Source of the DNA: Candidatus Harpocratesius repetitus
GTDB lineage: Archaea; Asgardarchaeota; Lokiarchaeia; Sigyniarchaeales; Promethearchaeaceae
DNA length: 24,000 bases
Direction of reading: 5' to 3'
NCBI GenBank assembly: GCA_021498095.1
Contig: JAIZWK010000001.1
Coordinates: 1,238,337-1,262,336 of the forward strand
The position numbers were made by a program, and so were the translations under genes. Numbering within the stretch: the stretch's first letter is position 1; each line of letters starts with the position of its first letter. This document shows positions 1 through 8,215 of the stretch, piece by piece. Under the pieces are notes generated by a model, which ran no database searches, was not told where the DNA came from, and saw only the letters and a program-made list of their open reading frames with translations.

Positions 1-648
1 GATCAACAATTACCTAACCAATACTTCGACTTTATTTTTCATTTTAATTCCCCCTCTTTTAAAACACGTATTCAATTTTTAAAAGCTCTGCCTTCATTAA
101 TTCCTAAGAATTCTATTAATTTAGAACACCTTGCTCATCAAATGAATAAATGGAACTTTGCTCATATTCAAGAATTTTACATATTATGTCAAAAGTATTT
201 TATTATCGAAAATTCATTTTCAAAGAAAAAATGGGAATCTGCAGAGATCACTACAGAATATGTTTTAAATCTCATGGATCGTCGAATTTTTCAACCAAGT
301 CTTATTAAAAATGAGAAGTTTTCAAACGAAAGTTTTAATAAAAGACAAAGTTCGAATTTTAAAGAAAATCTGGATAATGTTGAAGTATTAAAAAATAGAA
401 AATTAGGAAACTATAATCGTGATTTTATCTTTCAATTATATCAAGAAGTTGCCAGCTCTTGTTATGATGAGATGATATTGATTCTTGATAAACTACAAAA
501 AGGAATAATTCTTCAAAAGTCTGAGTTATCTTTGCTAGCAGATTATTCTTTTTTAATGAAAGAATCACCTAAAGAAGCAATTACTCAATTACATAAAGCC
601 AAACAGCGTCTTTCACAAATCGATCTTTTTTCTCAAAAAAACAAATGA
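1..648 (+). CDS. Hypothetical protein, 5'-truncated at window edge; first ORF of the SMC cluster
   Basis: Frame 1 is open from nt 1 (DQQLPNQYFDFIFHF...) into the listed ORF 142..648. The ATG at 142 is therefore probably internal and the gene starts left of the window. The stop at 646-648 lies only 14 nt before the SMC ORF. No family motif recognised; there is a helical, winged-helix-like stretch (INLEHLAHQMNKWNFAHIQEFYILCQKYFII). Confidence 0.5.
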   Translation, partial: DQQLPNQYFDFIFHFNSPSFKTRIQFLKALPSLIPKNSINLEHLAHQMNKWNFAHIQEFYILCQKYFIIENSFSKKKWESAEITTEYVLNLMDRRIFQPSLIKNEKFSNESFNKRQSSNFKENLDNVEVLKNRKLGNYNRDFIFQLYQEVASSCYDEMILILDKLQKGIILQKSELSLLADYSFLMKESPKEAITQLHKAKQRLSQIDLFSQKNK

Positions 649-662
649 ATTAATCATTCTAA

Positions 663-3600
663 ATGATAATAAATTATATTTATTCTCTGATAAAAATGTC
701 AAAGTCCGATGAAATTTCAGAATCAATTTCCCATATTTCTACAATTTCTAATGTAGATAAGGAAAAAAAAGTTTCAATATCAGAGAAAAGTCTCTCTTCA
801 TCACCAATTATATTTGTTGAAAAAATAGTGTTACAAAACTTTCTTTCTTTTGAATATGATGAAGTGCTATTTGATCCTCAATTTTCAATTATTATTGGAC
901 CAAATGGAGCGGGAAAAAGTTCTATTTATCAAGCATTAAAATTTGTATTAGGTTCTAACGATTACGACGGTAGATATTCTAAATGGTCTGATTTTATTAG
1001 AACAGGTGCTAAAAAAGCTGTTGTTCAAATTCATATATTTATCGATAAAGAGGAATATATATTACAGCGCATCGTTTCTATGAATGAAACACCTAAATTT
1101 TTATTTAAATCACCAAAAGATAAAAAATTGAGAACTATATCTGTTAAAAAAGTTAAAGATTTTACAAAACAAATTCAAATTGATCCTAATAATATTTTTG
1201 CATTTATGTCTCAAGGAAATATTGATACAATTAAAGATTTCAAAGAAGAAACCCTCTGTTCGTTTATCGAAAATGGATTGGGATTAAATTTGACTCGAGA
1301 ACAAATACTTGAAGTAAAATCTGAGATATTTCGATTGAAACAAGAAGAAAATTCATTATTAACTGAGCGAGAAAACATTCTTAATCAACTAACAGAATTA
1401 GAACCTTTAATTGAACAGCTGAAAAAGAAAGATGAACTCAAATCTCATTTAGATAAGTTACAATTAGAATTAATAATTGCTCAAAAATCACAAATTGAAG
1501 AAGAAATCGAGAGATTGCAAAACAAAATTTTAATTATTTCTAAAGAAATTCAATCTTTTAACAAACAAATTAATGGATTTAGTGAAGATATTTCTAATTA
1601 TGAAAATGAAAAAGAAAAAGAAACAAAGTTCTATAATGAATTGATTGAACAACGAACTAAACTTCAAATGAAAAACGAGCATATTAAACAGCAAATAGAA
1701 GATTGGACAGATGAAAAAAATAATATTGCTACTCAAATTCAAAGTTTGGAACATGAAATTGAGACACAAATTAAACAAAAAAAGCAAATTTCTTCCGAAA
1801 TGGTTCTTAGTGAGTCAAAAATTAAATCAACTGAAATTCAACTCAGTAAACATCAAAAACAGATCCAAAATTTACAAACTATACAGACACAATTACAAAA
1901 TCAAATGCAACAATATAAATATACAATTAATCAATTAGATGCTGAAGAACAAGTTTTAAATATTTTAACTGCAAGTATGGATGAGTATCAAGCTGATTAT
2001 GACAATTTCACAAAAGAAATTGATCAAAGATTAAGAGAAATCAATAAGATTAAAAATGAATTTCGAAAATATCAATGGTTTTTAAAGAATCCTACTGATA
2101 ATTTACCCGATTTAATGCGACAAGAAGAACATAATGTTTTACAGAGAATCTCTGTTTTAACGAAAAATTTAAGTGACTTACAAGAAATTTATAATGAAAA
2201 TATTAAATCAATAGAAAAAATAAATAATTCCATTATTGATCGAAATTTTCCGAAACCGCGGCAAATTCAAGCTTTACTAGATGAATTGAAAGAACGAAAT
2301 CTTAATTTTATTGGCCCATTAATCGATTACATAACCTATGATGAATTATACAGATCAGCAGTAGAATCTATATTTGGTTTTTCTGTACTTTTCAGTTTTA
2401 TTGCTAAAGATAGCGAAACATTCCATCTCCTAACAACTTTAGCTAAAAAACATGGTGCTAAATGCAAAATTTATAAAGAACGGACAAATCAAATTAGACC
2501 TCTTCCTAATCTTAAACCTGATCCAACATCAGGAATTTTTGGGTATTTAGCGGAAAAAATTAAACCAATTTCGGAAGATCCTGCAATTTTGAAAGTAATT
2601 TACTCAGTAGCCAATAAAACTTTAGTAGTTAAAGATCATATTATCGGAGAACAATATATTGAACGATATAATTGGTCCTCATGGGTAGTTACTTTAGCAG
2701 GTGATCAAATTCGCCCTAAAAGACTTGTTTTAGAAGCTCTACCACGTATTTCTTCTTCTCAAAGAGCAAAATTTCAAAATGTAGCTCAAGCAAAGAAAAA
2801 AATTGCAGAATTATCGAATCAAATGAAACATAATAGAGAATTATATTTGGAAAGAGAACAACGATTAGAAGAAGAAAAACACAAACTCTCAATTCTAAAA
2901 ACCAGATTACAGGATGTTGATCGATTATATTCAAATTATAAACTTTTAGAAATAAAAACGACATCAAAAAATAATCTTGTATCAAAAAAGAAAGAATTAT
3001 TCAAAAAAATCCAAGAAAAAATCCAAGATATTCAAGAAAAAGAAAAGAAGATTAACAGCTTAAGACAATCTTTACCTGATTCATTCGTTGAACAAAAACA
3101 GCAACTCGATGAAATTCCTCTAAAAATTGCAGAATTAAATGAAATTTTAATAGAATTAAATGATATGTACGGAAATCTTCAAAAAAATAGAGAAAACTTG
3201 AAAGAAAATGAGATAAAAATTAAAATTCATCTTGAAGATTTAGAAAAGCAGAAATCTAAATTAAACTTTGAGTTGAAATCTAAAGATGATAAATTTTATA
3301 GTTTATTTCAAGAAACAATAAAATTAGAAAAAGAAATTCATCAATATCAACAGAAAGAAAAAGAGAAAGGCGAGAAATTGAAAGATTTAGAAGAGAAAAT
3401 CTCCAATATTCTAGAAAAGAAGCATGAAATTTCTCTAAAAATCAACACACTTCAATTTAAGCAGTCTCAACTTTCACAATCTTTGGAAGATAATACCGTT
3501 AAACTTCAAACCATAGAAAATCTTCTCAAAGGAAGCATTTCTTTGAATTCTAAAAGAACGATTGATGAAATTGAAGCAGATATCCAGTTTATTCAACATG

Positions 3601-4229
3601 AAATCGATAAAATTCAAGTCGATGATGGAATTTTATTAGAAAAGGAAAAATTGGAGAATATTATCGATCGCATTGGTGAAAAACGACAATCTTTACAAAA
3701 TGAAATTTCTGCTGCTGAAACGTCCCAAAAGCGATTAGAAACAACTTTTTTTAAGAATTTTCAGGAAAAAATTAATTTTCTACAAGATTCCACAAATTCT
3801 AAACTTCAATTTTCAGGTCAGAATTTTACAATTCAAATGAATCTTAAAGGTGAAATTGAATCTCTAAAGTTATCAGTAATAACAACAACTAGTATTAACA
3901 ATTGTAATGTTCAATACCCCTTGCAAGCTGTCAGTGGTGGCCAACGATCGATGGTTGGAATTTGTCTGATGTTATCACTCACCCATCTAAATCCATCTCC
4001 TTTGAATATTTATGATGAATGTGATATGTTTTTAGACGAACTTAACGCTGAAACTATTGCTAAACTAATTCATCAACTTGCAAGAAATGGTATTCAATTT
4101 ATTTTATTAATGCCAAGTAAAAATATCCCTCTGCTAAAAAACGCAAATAAAGTTATTGGAGTTAGTCGTAACGGGAAATTTGGGCCTTCATTTGTTCATT
4201 ATTCTCGCGCATTTGCTCATGAATCTTAG
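663..4229 (+). CDS. smc: SMC-family chromosome-organisation ATPase (divergent head motifs)
   Basis: 1188-aa ORF. Motifs seen: Walker A GPNGAGKSS (nt 897-923), Q-loop-like FAFMSQGN, signature VSGGQRS (nt 3930-3950), Walker B/D-loop LNIYDECDMFLD and a C-terminal QFILLMPSK...KVIGVS. Two long K/E/Q/L-rich coiled-coil arms flank a hinge-like globular segment (NFIGPLIDYITYDELYRSAVESIFGFSVLFSFIAKD). No CxxC zinc hook, so it is not Rad50. Start is ambiguous: ATG 663 or ATG 696 (MSKSDE...). Confidence 0.85.
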   Translation: MIINYIYSLIKMSKSDEISESISHISTISNVDKEKKVSISEKSLSSSPIIFVEKIVLQNFLSFEYDEVLFDPQFSIIIGPNGAGKSSIYQALKFVLGSNDYDGRYSKWSDFIRTGAKKAVVQIHIFIDKEEYILQRIVSMNETPKFLFKSPKDKKLRTISVKKVKDFTKQIQIDPNNIFAFMSQGNIDTIKDFKEETLCSFIENGLGLNLTREQILEVKSEIFRLKQEENSLLTERENILNQLTELEPLIEQLKKKDELKSHLDKLQLELIIAQKSQIEEEIERLQNKILIISKEIQSFNKQINGFSEDISNYENEKEKETKFYNELIEQRTKLQMKNEHIKQQIEDWTDEKNNIATQIQSLEHEIETQIKQKKQISSEMVLSESKIKSTEIQLSKHQKQIQNLQTIQTQLQNQMQQYKYTINQLDAEEQVLNILTASMDEYQADYDNFTKEIDQRLREINKIKNEFRKYQWFLKNPTDNLPDLMRQEEHNVLQRISVLTKNLSDLQEIYNENIKSIEKINNSIIDRNFPKPRQIQALLDELKERNLNFIGPLIDYITYDELYRSAVESIFGFSVLFSFIAKDSETFHLLTTLAKKHGAKCKIYKERTNQIRPLPNLKPDPTSGIFGYLAEKIKPISEDPAILKVIYSVANKTLVVKDHIIGEQYIERYNWSSWVVTLAGDQIRPKRLVLEALPRISSSQRAKFQNVAQAKKKIAELSNQMKHNRELYLEREQRLEEEKHKLSILKTRLQDVDRLYSNYKLLEIKTTSKNNLVSKKKELFKKIQEKIQDIQEKEKKINSLRQSLPDSFVEQKQQLDEIPLKIAELNEILIELNDMYGNLQKNRENLKENEIKIKIHLEDLEKQKSKLNFELKSKDDKFYSLFQETIKLEKEIHQYQQKEKEKGEKLKDLEEKISNILEKKHEISLKINTLQFKQSQLSQSLEDNTVKLQTIENLLKGSISLNSKRTIDEIEADIQFIQHEIDKIQVDDGILLEKEKLENIIDRIGEKRQSLQNEISAAETSQKRLETTFFKNFQEKINFLQDSTNSKLQFSGQNFTIQMNLKGEIESLKLSVITTTSINNCNVQYPLQAVSGGQRSMVGICLMLSLTHLNPSPLNIYDECDMFLDELNAETIAKLIHQLARNGIQFILLMPSKNIPLLKNANKVIGVSRNGKFGPSFVHYSRAFAHES

Positions 4230-4249
4230 GCAAGAATCGGAGTGAAAAA

Positions 4250-5056
4250 ATGGTAAATCGCAGCGAATTACAAGATTTGATGAAAGAAATTGAGGAATTG
4301 GAAAAGCAAGCTAATTCTGATACAGATCAATTAATAGATAAAGATCTTATTCCTATTTTTCATAAGCTTTCTTCATTATTAAATCCTAAAGATATTGATC
4401 TTGCACTTTCTATCTTACAAGGCGGAACGGACATTTTAAGGCTGAAAATTGAAGCAATAAAACAATATATCTTATTATTATCTCAAAGGGAACTTATTGA
4501 TGCATTTTTGGAGAATAATTCTGATGATATTTTATTAAACTCTCTTTTAAAACGATTTTGGATATCCCCTTTTCAAATTTCTTCCATTTCTTCAAAATAT
4601 TTGATTAAAAGTTATCAAAATCTAGTATTGGAAAAAAAATCCAGAAGTGCTTATTCTCCACCATCAGAATTAGTGTCAAATTCAGAAAAATCTGTTGAAA
4701 TGTTCTCACTTGATTCTAAAGAGATACAAGAAGAAATTCACTCCTTTTATCAAAATATTTTAAACGTACTTCCTTGCGAATTGTCTGTTATTTTGCATAA
4801 TTATCAAAATCCCAGTCAATATTTTCGCCATTTTTCATACATTTTGCATTTAACACAAGAAGGATTTTTAAAATACGATCAGCAAACAAAATTCTTTTCC
4901 ATTGCAGCAGATAAGGAAGAAAGAGTGGAAAAATATGAAAGAAAAAGGGAAAAGAAAGAAATGGATGAAAGCAATGAGAAAAAGAAAGGAAATTTAAACA
5001 AAATAGTAAATCAAGACGAAAATCCAAATGAAAGAAAAGGAAGTGAAGAAATATGA
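4250..5056 (+). CDS. Kleisin-like protein (ScpA-like by position and C-terminal winged helix), tentative
   Basis: 268-aa ORF starting 20 nt after the SMC stop. An SD-like GGAGTGA (4239-4245) sits 4 nt upstream of the ATG. The C-terminal segment RHFSYILHLTQEGFLKYDQQTKFFSI resembles the kleisin C-terminal winged helix and is followed by a K/E-rich tail. I did not recognise the N-terminal ScpA GPLDLL-type motif. Confidence 0.45.
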   Translation: MVNRSELQDLMKEIEELEKQANSDTDQLIDKDLIPIFHKLSSLLNPKDIDLALSILQGGTDILRLKIEAIKQYILLLSQRELIDAFLENNSDDILLNSLLKRFWISPFQISSISSKYLIKSYQNLVLEKKSRSAYSPPSELVSNSEKSVEMFSLDSKEIQEEIHSFYQNILNVLPCELSVILHNYQNPSQYFRHFSYILHLTQEGFLKYDQQTKFFSIAADKEERVEKYERKREKKEMDESNEKKKGNLNKIVNQDENPNERKGSEEI

Positions 5057-5613
5057 ATGAATTTTGCCTTCTTACGCATTTACTCAGCGATACTCAAATA
5101 ATAAATTCGGATATATCAGATAATATTATTTCAATTGGTTGCACTGAAGATCAACTAATTAAATCTTTAGGATTGAGTGGAAAATATGCAAAAATTCAAT
5201 TAATACAATTACTTAATTCGTATGCTCAAGCAATTCGTGTATTTGGTTTGAGAGTTCAGAAAAACCAACTTAATCAAAGATGGTTTTTAGCTAAATCACC
5301 TGAAATTCTCGAGTCAATAGGTAGTAATCCATTTCAAAATAAGCCTCGATTAGGGGCTACGCTAATGGTTATAATTACATCTATTATGATTTCAAAAAGT
5401 CCCGTTGATAAAGCGAGAATCTTAGAAATACGCAAAAAACAATCAATTGAAGAAGATCTTAAAGCACTAGCTAAAATGAATTTTATTATAATTTCTAAAT
5501 CAAAAATATCATTACATCCCAATTTAGGTTATTATCTTGATTTTTCAAATTTTTTCTCAGCTGTGGAGCACTTATCCTTAAAATCTGATAATCAAAAATC
5601 TTCATCTTCTTAA
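5053..5613 (+). CDS. scpB: ScpB-like (kite) tandem winged-helix protein
   Basis: 186-aa ORF whose ATG overlaps the upstream stop (ATGA at 5053-5056), suggesting translational coupling. The first WH-like segment is GCTEDQLIKSLGLSGKYAKIQLIQLLNSYAQAIRVFGLRVQKNQLNQRWFLAKSPE. The second, RLGATLMVIITSIMISKSPVDKARILEIRKKQSIEEDLKALAKMNFI, matches the ScpB pattern (LS.AaLE.LAI.aY.QPitraeieeIRG....l..L) as I remember it. Confidence 0.6.
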   Translation: MNEFCLLTHLLSDTQIINSDISDNIISIGCTEDQLIKSLGLSGKYAKIQLIQLLNSYAQAIRVFGLRVQKNQLNQRWFLAKSPEILESIGSNPFQNKPRLGATLMVIITSIMISKSPVDKARILEIRKKQSIEEDLKALAKMNFIIISKSKISLHPNLGYYLDFSNFFSAVEHLSLKSDNQKSSSS

Positions 5614-5724
5614 TAGTTGAATGAGTTGTGTTAAGAATGAATTGGTAATTATCTAGATGATATTCAAATGTTATTTATATGATTGAGAGATTTATTTCAA
5701 ATTTTGGTTTGAAATCTATTGAAG

Positions 5725-6045
5725 ATGGGTCTTTTTACACACAAAACCAAAGGAAATATTGAAAATAAATTTCCTTCTGAAAATTTATTCATAAAACAAA
5801 TTACATTAAACGGATCGCGTGATTTTGCTTTGCTTCAGCACAATCTTTTAGATGGGAATTTAATGATTGTAAATCTAAAACCTCTACTTCGAATTGCTAA
5901 GGGACAAAAATCAGAATCATCAGTACTTCAAGATCAACTTCAAAAAATTAAAAAATACTGCTTACGTACGGGTGGAAATGTAATAAAATTGAAGGAATGT
6001 ACACTTTTGATAACACCTAATCATTTATTCAAAATTGAACGCTAA
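5725..6045 (+). CDS. sepF: Cell-division protein SepF (archaeal FtsZ membrane anchor)
   Basis: The core FIKQITLNGSRDFALLQHNLLDGNLMIVNLKPL...GGNVIKLKECTLLITPNHLFKI matches the SepF fold signature. Compare Haloferax SepF as I recall it: ...AVYDGNLVIADITR...GDIVQKGDDQIVITPTGISI. The N-terminal MGLFTHK fits a short membrane-targeting helix. The listed ORF starts at TTG 5719; ATG 5725 (MGLF...) is more likely. Confidence 0.8.
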   Translation: MGLFTHKTKGNIENKFPSENLFIKQITLNGSRDFALLQHNLLDGNLMIVNLKPLLRIAKGQKSESSVLQDQLQKIKKYCLRTGGNVIKLKECTLLITPNHLFKIER

Positions 6046-6074
6046 TACTTAGTTGTAAATAAATTCTAAGTTCA

Positions 6075-6509
6075 TTATCCTATTGTTTTAATTTCATCAA
6101 ATAATGATTGTAAGTTAGAGTTCCCTAAATTCTTAAGAACTTCTATTAAATCTTGAAGGGTTGTAAATTTATCTTTCCATGTTGCTTCATCAATGGCGAG
6201 AACAAACCCTGATTTGAAAACTACAGCAAAGTAGTCTGTTCCTTTTGTATTTTTTATTAATTTTGGTTCAATTCGTAGTACATTATCAGAAAAATTTGGA
6301 AAAGAATCAGTAAAAATTTTTCCTTTTACTTCAAAATAACGATAATTAATAACTATTGCTTTTCCTACCCCCACTGATACAGAATACTGATCTTTTATGA
6401 ATTCTTCTTTAATTACCAAAATTTCATTTCCATTTTCAGGAAATTGAACTACTTTTCCCTTATTTTCTGCTTCCAACTTTAGTTTTTCAATTATTGAGTG
6501 ATAGTTCAT
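6075..6509 (-). CDS. Hypothetical small alpha/beta protein
   Basis: The listed ORF 6075..6557 begins with TTG. The first ATG is at 6509 (MNYHSIIEKLKLEAENKG...), giving 144 aa. Predicted layout is an N-terminal helix, a beta-rich core and a C-terminal helix (TLQDLIEVLKNLGNSNLQSLFDEIKTIG). No family motif recognised. Divergent from the csp gene. Confidence 0.45.
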   Translation of the reverse strand: MNYHSIIEKLKLEAENKGKVVQFPENGNEILVIKEEFIKDQYSVSVGVGKAIVINYRYFEVKGKIFTDSFPNFSDNVLRIEPKLIKNTKGTDYFAVVFKSGFVLAIDEATWKDKFTTLQDLIEVLKNLGNSNLQSLFDEIKTIG

Positions 6510-6666
6510 TAAGATCTTTTGCCATGCAAACCACTTAATTCTTTTGGAAATTATCAAAAAAGATTTAAAAGTCGTAACAACAAGTTAAAATAACTAATTC
6601 GATCCTTATATGTTGAGTTGATCGAGATCACAAGTAGCGAATACAGGAATTCACGAACTAATATGG

Positions 6667-6948
6667 ATGGTGAAATACACAATGGAACGTGGAACGGTGA
6701 AATGGTTCGATCCTCGTCTTGGTTTTGGATTTATTAAACGAGACAGTATTCCCGAAAATGAACCTAATCATGAAATTTTTGTCCATTACTCACATATTAA
6801 TATGGAAGGTTTTAAAACACTTCTACCTGATTTGCGTGTAGAATTTGACGTAGTTGCTGGAATGAAAGAAGGAACAGTAGAAGCCCGCAATGTAACTATT
6901 ATTCCGCCTGACTTTGTGCTGAACAAGCAAAAAGATGAAGGAAAGTAA
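6667..6948 (+). CDS. csp: Cold-shock domain protein (CspA family)
   Basis: GTVKWFDPRLGFGFIKRD contains the RNP1 motif GFGFI, and HEIFVHYSHI contains an RNP2-like FVHY. VEFDVVAGMKEGTVEARNVTII fits the C-terminal beta-strands. Alternative start ATG 6682 (MERGTVKWF). Confidence 0.9.
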   Translation: MVKYTMERGTVKWFDPRLGFGFIKRDSIPENEPNHEIFVHYSHINMEGFKTLLPDLRVEFDVVAGMKEGTVEARNVTIIPPDFVLNKQKDEGK

Positions 6949-6986
6949 AATTCAGAAATAGTTATGAAATTGTTTAAAAATAATTT

Positions 6987-8156
6987 TTAAGAATGTAAAA
7001 ACCAAATGATTTGGGATAATAAAATTGGTTCATATCTAAGAAAATTATGACCTCCTCTTTGAGTTATAAGCCAATTTGATGAATCTAAGTTCAATTCATC
7101 TAAATTATCCCAAAAATGCTCAACTGGAATTACTAAATCATTTTTAGCATGGATTAGATAGAATTTTTTGTTATTGTAGTTTTTCCAAAAGACTTGGTTT
7201 TTCATTTCTTGCTTTTTTCGTTCAATTTGTAAAAGTGGAGATAATTCAAAATTTTTTTTATAAATTGGATTTATTGGGACTCCAAAAAATGTATATCTTA
7301 ACCAAAACCACCAATTTTTCAGAAATGGAACAGGTGAAAAGGGAATTGATTCACGATAATTTCCCATTGCTGCTACGGCAATAATTTTTGAAATGTCATT
7401 ATTAATATAATAGTGATTTTCAATCTGATTTTCTTTTTTGACTTCCTTATCTATATTTTTGGAATCATTTTGATTTTTGATATTATCTTGACTTTCTGGG
7501 ATAAGGTTTAGGTTCCTCAGACCCTGCTTTATAACAGCGATAGCACCTAATGATAAACCGATAAGATTTATTGTCAAATCACAAAAGCGTGGATCTTTTT
7601 TCAGAAATTTGATAACATACTCTAAATCGTTTGTTATTTCTACGAACTGAGATTTTGCACCTGCTTTACGGGATTTTTTTGTTCCGCGATTATCATATGC
7701 GATTACATTAAATCCAGCATGAGCAAGAGGAATTGTATAATGCCGGATGTAGAGAGAATCATCTGAAAATCCGTGAACGAAAATGATTATTGGTGATTTA
7801 TTGCTATTAAATTGGCTATGAATCCATTCTCCATGTAAAAATTTGATTTTCTTTTTTTTGTCTTTATTGTTTTTTTGACTTTCATTACCTTCAAATGAGG
7901 TAAGTGGAATTGAAATTGGTGTAATTTCGACTCGATTTCTTTCTACATCCGCTCCAAACCAACGAAATTGCCAGAAATCACGAATTTCAAAATACAATGA
8001 CCAGCAAAGCCACCAAAATAAGAAAGTAAAAACAGAAAGATATAGAGAATTTCCCAAAGAATTTCCATAAAAAATAAAATAATTTACATAAAAAATTCCA
8101 GATGCAAGAATAATGCCTAAAAATAGTAAGAGATAATGTTTCGGCCGAATAATCAT
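6987..8156 (-). CDS. Membrane-anchored alpha/beta-fold serine hydrolase (lysophospholipase/esterase-like)
   Basis: Two N-terminal TM helices (HYLLLFLGIILASGIFYVNYFIFYG and LYLSVFTFLFWWLCWSLYF). Oxyanion/HG region IIIFVHGFSDD, nucleophile elbow GLSLG, a late acidic residue in IHAKNDLVIP and His in RGGHNF. A K/N/Q-rich insert lies between the nucleophile and the acid. Confidence 0.75.
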   Translation of the reverse strand: MIIRPKHYLLLFLGIILASGIFYVNYFIFYGNSLGNSLYLSVFTFLFWWLCWSLYFEIRDFWQFRWFGADVERNRVEITPISIPLTSFEGNESQKNNKDKKKKIKFLHGEWIHSQFNSNKSPIIIFVHGFSDDSLYIRHYTIPLAHAGFNVIAYDNRGTKKSRKAGAKSQFVEITNDLEYVIKFLKKDPRFCDLTINLIGLSLGAIAVIKQGLRNLNLIPESQDNIKNQNDSKNIDKEVKKENQIENHYYINNDISKIIAVAAMGNYRESIPFSPVPFLKNWWFWLRYTFFGVPINPIYKKNFELSPLLQIERKKQEMKNQVFWKNYNNKKFYLIHAKNDLVIPVEHFWDNLDELNLDSSNWLITQRGGHNFLRYEPILLSQIIWFLHS

Positions 8157-8215
8157 AAGATATAATATTATATGAACACATCCTAAAAAATAGCTAAGGT
8201 AAAGATATAGAATTA

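Noticed and set aside
1530-2985. Nested/antisense ORFs 1530..1787(-), 1711..1938(+) and 2716..2985(-) inside the SMC gene
   Set aside because: They lie within the coiled-coil coding region. Their products are F/L/I/N-rich low-complexity strings typical of shadow frames in AT-rich K/E-coding DNA, and the 1188-aa frame explains the region.
1-5613. Interpretation of the SMC cluster as a Wadjet (JetABCD) or MksBEF anti-plasmid system
   Set aside because: The gene order is wrong: kleisin and kite follow rather than precede the SMC. The SMC has a conventional-looking hinge segment. No Toprim/JetD-like gene is present in the window.
6075-6509. Asgard profilin or roadblock/LC7-like assignment for the 144-aa protein
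   Set aside because: Only the size and a helix/sheet/helix impression support this. I cannot point to any conserved motif, so it is left as hypothetical.
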